From positions 91,620 through 155,619 of the forward strand of contig JAAOMT010000426.1 in the NCBI GenBank assembly GCA_016748015.1: 64,000 bases of DNA. Direction: 5' to 3'. The position numbers were made by a program, and so were the translations under genes. Each line of letters begins with the position of its first letter. The stretch's first letter is position 1. Below the pieces are notes generated by a model that worked only from the letters and a program-made list of their open reading frames with translations, was not told where the DNA came from and searched no databases. Below are positions 56,692 through 64,000 of the stretch, in pieces. Source of the stretch: Geosiphon pyriformis uo1 (Eukaryota; Fungi; Glomeromycota).

Positions 56692-58210
56692 GTAATGATA
56701 ATAATAGTAGTAATGATAAGAAAATAAAACAACATTTACAATAATTTATAATAAATCATTCTTTTGTCAAATATTACAATTATATTATGTTTATTTATTA
56801 AAATTATTAATATATATTAAAATCTCATATTTTATATTTTATAAAATTTAGTTAACATATAAAATTTTTTTATAAGCATTATTTAAAAACAAATTAAAAA
56901 TCAAATAAATTATAGTTTTTATTTATTAATGTAAAATCTTATAATTTTATATAAATTCAAATAATTAATAATAAAATAATTTATCTTAAATTCAAATATA
57001 TTTTTGTTCTTTATAACATAATTTTATAATAAATAGAAAAAACGCTTTTTGCTTTTTAGTTTTGTAACTTTTATCTTCACAACCAAATCAAAAAAAAAAC
57101 AACCACTATTCCACTATTATAACTGAGAAAGCAATAACCAAAAAAATTTATTTTAATAATAAATTTGTATTAAATTTTCTGTTTTTTAACAACAACTTTT
57201 ACAGTAATTACAACAACTTTTACAGTAATCACAACTACTATTAATTTTTAAATAATCAGAAAAAATATATAGTAAAACTATAACAATAAAAATTTTAAAC
57301 AAAAAAGTAAATTAAATATGTAAAAAATTTAATTAATATAATTAATTTCAAAATTATAGTTACTAAATTTAAAGATAAAAAAATAATTTATAATTGTTAA
57401 CAAAAAGTAATACAGCTGTTATAAATACATGTTTCAATTGATATTTCTTAAAATTTAATAACAAATATTGTTTATTTTTTTATAATTATTTATTTAAAAA
57501 GCCTTTATTTAAACTAAAAAAATACAAATAAAAAAATTAAATTTTAAGGATAATAAATAAGTATTTATTTTTGTATTATTAAATTTATGCATTTTTTTAT
57601 AGCTTTGAAAAATCTCGCTTATATAGCTAATAAAATAAATAAATAATTAAGTTAATAATTAAATTTATAAATAATTTTAAAAATAAAATAGCTAAATATA
57701 TAAAATTAATAATAACACATAATTAAATATATTAAAATAAAATAAAAAGCTAAAAACATAACAATATTAATTATTAAAGCTTTTTTAAATTAATAGTTTT
57801 TTGTCTTAGTATTTAATGTTTTTTTAAAATTTAAATAAAATTATGTAGAAATTGTGTTTTAATTTTTTGTAAATTTTTATTAATCTTAAATTAGTTACCA
57901 AAAATAATTTAAAACTGGTTTGTGTAAAATTCACATTTAAAATTAATCTTTTTTTTGCTGTTAATTATATCTTCTAATATTTTTTTAACATATTTTTTAA
58001 TAATTTTAAAAATGATTTTAAAGTGTTTATTAAATTTGTTGGTATTAAATTAAAACCAAATGGTTTGTATTTAATATGTTATTATTTACTTTAAAACTTC
58101 AATTTTAATATACAAAAAAATTAATATTAAAATTTTCTTTTTTTTAAAATCAAAAAAAAAACTTATTATCTTAGAAAATATTTTTCTAATTAAATTTGTT
58201 TTAATTTTAT

Positions 58211-58450
58211 TTGTTTAATTTATTTAATATGTCGAAATTTAGAGCTGGTATGGATAAGGATGGTCTGGTGCGTGATGATGGTTTGGCGCCTTCTCTCATT
58301 GGTGGTTTATCAGCCGTCTTATCGGATGGTGTAGTGAGTTTCGGGTCGCGTAAGCGTTGTTTGTTTTATTCGGGTTTGGGCGGTGGCGTCACTGTTAGGA
58401 TAGACACGTAGTGTAGCCTTGATTGGCCCAAGTGGCTAGTCACATGTAGA
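58211..58450 (+). mobile_element. 3' end of a LINE (ORF2 C-terminal relic plus 3' terminal hairpin)
   Basis: GC-rich island reading FRAGMDKDGLVRDDG...SFGSRKRCLFYSGLGGGVTVRIDT*. Its stop codon begins the 42-nt motif shared with 36042-36083. The upstream DNA is AT-eroded. Confidence 0.7.
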
Positions 58451-60959
58451 AAATGCGTACTAGGTAATAATGATAAAATTAATTTATATTGCTATTAAAA
58501 ATAAGCAATTGTAATTTTTTAAAGCCCAAAAAAGTTTTTAATGCTGTAATTATCAAAACCGGTTTTAATAAAAAATTCCTAGTTGTTAATATTGTTATAA
58601 ATGTCAAAATTCAAATTACTTGACTTTTGTTTATAAAACTACTTTTTTTTAAAATTTAATAAAGTGTTTTCAAAAACAATAGTATTATAATACTTTATTT
58701 TAAATGCTTAAACTGCTGATTAATTTGCATATTATCAATAATTATTATTATAAAGCTTAATAAAATACCTGAAAAAAAGATTTGTTTTATGAAAACAAAA
58801 TTCAAGGTTTAGTTTCAGTAATTGAATCATTTGGAATATTTTATTAAATATTTTATTAAATAACTGAATTTTTTTTTAATCCAATATTTCTAAAAAAAAT
58901 CAAATCTTTTTAAAAAAGTAATTTATTTCTTGACTTTATCAAAATTTGAAAATTAAATTCTTTTAGATAAAAAAAAATTAACTTTGATACAACAACAGCC
59001 TATTGAAATAGTAAAAAAGCTTTGTAGTAAATTTTAAAATTTTTTTAAAAACCAACAAGTAGATTTATATGCTAAATTAAGCATTATTATAGAGTAGTCT
59101 TGAGGTTAAACATGTGTAAAAAGTGCATAGGCCACATCTATTTTTGAAAATATCCTGTTGTAACTTGTAGATAGTGATTGGATCACACTCAATAAAGCAT
59201 GTTGGTAAGTAGTGGTTTCTTAGAGTCTAAAGATTTGCTCAATGTACAAATTATTTAACCTCTCACAGTTCGTCAAACCCATTTCTTCGACTTGAATTAA
59301 CCACAAAGTTTGTTCATTCTTTCAAAGGGAAACTGGCTTACTAAAACATGTCTCCGATTTTTCTTTAAAGTCTCCTCACCTATTATACTAAAGATTATAT
59401 ACCGTAATTTATCTTGAGATTACAAACGAATTACTGTATTCATTAATTGCTACCAGATCTATGCTGACGAAAGATTATTAGGATTATTTTTAAATCGACT
59501 TTAAACACTCTGATAATAATAAATGTGCAAACTTTACTCAAATTTACTATATCATGACTAGAAATGTATAAACTCTTTCAAGTTATTCCCTTTTCAATGT
59601 TTCCCCTTTTTTTTAAAACAAAAAAAGAACAATGATTCCCATTATCATCATTTACTAGCTATCCGAGATTTTTTAGGATCAATGAATTTTTTGCTTAAAA
59701 TACTTTTTCCAACATGTGAGGATGAAGGACCTTGATGTTCATCTGAACTTTTAAAGGTGAAAACCGGAATATTGTGGATTGATCGAATCTTTTTAGAACT
59801 TTATTGCGCATCAATAAAGTTAGGAGGTTATTTGACATCATGAGCATAATAACAAAGTCTCGAAATAAATTCTATTTGCATTATCTAAGAAGTATCATTG
59901 AGCATCTCTAGTTAGGAGATTTCTATGTTCTCTCCGTTGTAGAATATGAATGTAAAAAATATCAAAGTTTCTTGTTGAGGTCTTTGTTATGAATTTTTAA
60001 AGTTTCACTTTCAAACTTGAAAGCTGCAGAATTTCTAACTCAAAATAAAACACAGAATAAAAAAGTGAAAGCATATGACAAGACGCTTATTTAAAAAACT
60101 TGCTTAAATCATTGTCGCGGGGTTTTACAAAAAAAATTTCTTGAAATGAAACAAGTTAAAAAGAAATAACATCGATTTACAATAGTTCTTTCAAACCTTT
60201 TGTTCATTTCAAAGTAATGCCCAGATTTTTAAATGTAAAACAGGAATTCAAGTCCTTGATAGGAAAACGCATTTAATCAAATTCTCGGATCTCTGTAAAA
60301 CCACAAGTTTTTTATGTGATACTCACGCATTTCAAAATTATCCAATAGTTTGTCAAAAAAATTCGTTGATCAGCAATTCTGACCTGCAATAAAAAATGAT
60401 TTTGAAACCTGGATTGTCATGAATAATTAAAGTAGCGAGTAACATGACCATCAGAAAGAGGATCAAATTATGGCCTTTTATCGGTGATATCCTAAACAAT
60501 TGCCAAGTTCTCGTTGTTCACCGTCATCCATCATCCGTCATCTTAGATTTTGTGTATTTCACCTATAGAACGGAAAAATTTGGTCTGGCTATGACGAAAA
60601 AATTTCAAAATTATATTTTATGCCCTTTTACCCTTTCAGGAATTTTTGCTTTCATTAGAATGAATTTAACTATCATTAATTATTGATATTGTGACCAAAT
60701 GATCTACATGATCATTCATTTATCAAAAAAATCCGGATCACCATTGTGTAAATCTCTAAAAATAGTGATAGAAATGTAATAAATATTGGTCCTCCCTTTT
60801 ACACACAAATTAATTGGTATTCAATTCAAAAAATTAGGTGCGAGTTCAAAAGTGAATTTATATTTAAATTGCTGTATATCCTCAATTCTCACACAAATAA
60901 ATACCCTTAAAACTTGATCCCGTATCTCTTTCTGAAATACCTTTGAAAAACTCTTTTAT

Positions 60960-60992
<33 letters not shown>

Positions 60993-61043
60993 CTCGTTTC
61001 GTTAACTCACAAATTCAGAGATTCAACCTTTTCATTATATACA

Positions 61044-61628
61044 ATGATGGCAACTTTAAGACGAACACCAGCAATAAAAGATTCAATAAAAAGATCTTCC
61101 CAAAAAGTATTTCATACGAGTACTTCGGCAACTTGGGATAACAAAAACCAACAAAAATTTGATATCAGACATGAAATGATGTCATTCATGTTAAATGCAA
61201 TTTCGAATCAATACGAAAATCATAAAAAAATTCCTTCGGAAGTATTAAATAAATTCTCATCGCAACAAACAAACAACCCAACAATGTTACAAAATTATAT
61301 TGAAACCGATGAATATAATGAAGAAACCGACGCTTTGCTATTTACCAAATTTTTCAACTTTTTACGGGGTGAAGAGGAAAAAATAGAAAGACGACATCCA
61401 GAGAAAAGTCATATCACAAAAAGACAAACAATATCCAATGAAAACCCAACAAGAACACCACTTTCAAGTCTGAAAAGGCAATCTTTAGCGAATAGTACTT
61501 GTGATCCTTACCCGGTACGACCATCAAGTCTATCAATTTTGGAATCAAAAGTTACCTCTGAAAACCCTCGCAAGGAACCAACAAAATTATCTCGAAGGCC
61601 TCATGTTTTACGAAGAAAATTTTTATAG
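61044..61628 (+). CDS. Cluster family member 9 (194 aa), basic-tail class
   Basis: Motif A IRHEMMSFMLNAISNQYENH, motif B TDALLFTKFFNFLRGEEEKI. Ends RPHVLRRKFL, like member 5. Confidence 0.9.
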   Translation: MMATLRRTPAIKDSIKRSSQKVFHTSTSATWDNKNQQKFDIRHEMMSFMLNAISNQYENHKKIPSEVLNKFSSQQTNNPTMLQNYIETDEYNEETDALLFTKFFNFLRGEEEKIERRHPEKSHITKRQTISNENPTRTPLSSLKRQSLANSTCDPYPVRPSSLSILESKVTSENPRKEPTKLSRRPHVLRRKFL

Positions 61629-62107
61629 TTTAAATTAAAATCGGTTTTTCAGTTATTTAATTTTCATTCATATTCACAACCACTTGTAAATAGTATAAAA
61701 ATCAATGATATTATCATGGTTTACATCAAAATTAGAACAACTTAGTAATAGTAGTAGTAATATGATTTAGTCTGCATTAATCGAGGCGTATTTCCAATTC
61801 TGGGCTAAAAATGCTCAATTGCGCCCCCTCCGCCCAAAAGTAAATCTTTCTTGAAAGTTCACGATGAAGAGTAAAAAAAAATTTTTTTAGATGTAATTGC
61901 CGGAAAATCATCAAAAAAAAGATGTTGATTTTAGTAAGGTTCCAAAACTTAACTTAAAATGAATGAAACCTTGTAAAATATTGATTCGTTTAACACTGAA
62001 AATGTTTTATCCGAAATATTTCAAAAAGAAATATTATTAAAATTCATGGTTTCAGCTTCACAAATTGTGAAAAACACTTTGGAATTCTTCTCTTTTGTTT
62101 CATTTTA

Positions 62108-62148
<41 letters not shown>

Positions 62149-63385
62149 TCAAAGATATACTGATGTCTCCATGTGAAAATCGAAGCTCGAGTAACTTTCT
62201 TTTCAAAGTACTCTAAACAAACCATTGGAAATTTGATTATTGCTTGTTTTTTACGATAATATGGCGTGGGTTTTAATCATCTGTCTACACATGCAATCAT
62301 GGCGACATATCCTTTTTCAGTGATTCAGGAGTTAGGAGTTACGCGCATTGTTTTTGCTCAAGAAGCAAGCACAACATCTATCATCATTTTTGATTGCCAA
62401 ATCGACTAGTTCCTAGTTTAAAGTTCTTTACTTAATTTATTAGATCCTTTACTATTTGTATGATGTCGTGTTGAACGTATTAGCTTTGCCGACGTTTTGA
62501 GTCGCAAAAAGCCAATTATAAGGAGTATTTGTGATAAGTTAAACCTTCAAAGTGTTGCTCCCAGTGAATATGGACGACTTAAATGTTGTAAGACGCCCAA
62601 GGTGCTTATATTTATCCCCATTTAAGTTGATGAAATAATATCCTAAGAGTGACTCTTGGTGAGCACAGAAGGGTTCTGCATCAGTTTAATGAATTTTTTG
62701 GTGATTGCGTATAAGCTTCTCCCTAACCTAAGACCCGAATAATTTTTATTAAATATTTGTGTAACATATGTTATCTTTTTGTGATTCCTGCTGTTTGTGT
62801 AGATGAAAAATGAAATTATTTTTCCCAAAGGCACAAAACTTGTTCCCTAACCTGATGGGATGGATGTCACAAATACGTCGCTTAAGTTTTCGTTGGACCT
62901 TGAACAGCTGATTATTAGATGCATTTTTGAACTTTGATAATAGAGAATGAAAATTCGAAAATCCGGTGTAAACACTGACGAGGAAGAATGAAATTCAAAA
63001 TCTTGTGTTTAAACATTCACTGACAACGGAGTAATAAAATGCTCAATGAAGAAGGATGTTCAAAATATTAAAATATCTTTATTCTTCCCAGAGTCATAAA
63101 TAAGTCCAAAAACCTGATTTTTTGGTAAAGTCTCCTTTCATTTATGGTTAGGTTCCGCAAAAAATCTTCATTTTAAATGCAAGATTCTGATGCAAAGAAA
63201 TTTGATTTTCAAAATAAAGAATGGGCTTTTCAAATTAGAATATAAAAAACAGTTAGCATGATAAACACAAGTGAATTTATAAGGAATTTTTATGCATAGA
63301 CAATCAAATAATAATAATAATAATAATAATAATGATTATTTGAAATATATATAAAAAGATATTGAGGCTTAAGAAATAGGTATTT

Positions 63386-63422
<37 letters not shown>

Positions 63423-64000
63423 TTAAATAACAAAGAAGGAAAAACGATTAAACAATCAATTCAATATTTTTTTTAAAAGAAAAAACAATTTAAATTCAGA
63501 AATTATAATCCGAGAGAACATAATCAAAAGATACATGTATTTAGTCTTAAAATTTTCTCAGGGAAACAGGCTTTTATCTCCATTCATCATTCATCAAAAG
63601 TGAAATATTACGTAATTCAAAAAAAAATAGATTAAACCCAAAAACTTTGCTTCTGAAAAGGGTTTTGCTAAAATAGCTTTAAAATTTATTTTTAATCCAG
63701 TCAATTCAAGTAAAAAAAAATTGAAATTGAAATTCTTTAACTTTCATTATTTTCCTTTTTTGGAAGCATTTGAATTTGGATTTGGATTATAATAAAAAAG
63801 TATGAAATCAGATACACTATTGTAAGTGTTTTTGGAAAATAAAGGTTTTTTTAGTTTATAAAATAATTTTACATGGTACTACTATTCATCTTAAATGGAA
63901 CTTGAAAAAATCTAGAAACCCCCATGTTATTGAGGGAAAAAGGATTTTATACTAATCTCTTAATGAGAAATCCAATACACTTATTTATAATCAATGTTTC

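Noticed and set aside
62500-63060. Coding-like minus-strand patch
   Set aside because: No coherent exon chain could be assembled and no product identified.

Overview
This is very AT-rich eukaryotic DNA, most likely from a Glomeromycota (arbuscular-mycorrhizal-type) fungus. That assignment is inferred from a short GT-AG intron with a CTAAC branch site and from the style of the LINE relics. The main content is a ~45-50 kb cluster of nine small, apparently intronless, deeply diverged paralogous genes (17203-61628) that I cannot assign to any named family. They share two short amphipathic-helix-like motifs, motif A (I/V-R-N-E-x-x-S-L-L-F-D-x-I-x-x-E-F/H-E) and motif B (D/N-S-L-x-F-T/S-x-F-F-x-x-L-R-x-E-E). 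A low-complexity linker of variable length separates the motifs, and the tails are acidic, basic or nearly absent. A two-exon gene at 10968-11862 may be a tenth, more distant member. Between the genes lie transposon relics: a long LINE carrying a nested two-LTR element, two LINE 3' ends sharing a conserved hairpin, and a Tc1-like transposase relic. Many relics are heavily eroded by C>T/G>A changes with sharp borders (RIP-like). There are also pseudogene fragments, many microsatellites and one 351-N assembly gap. I saw no rRNA, tRNA or CRISPR array.
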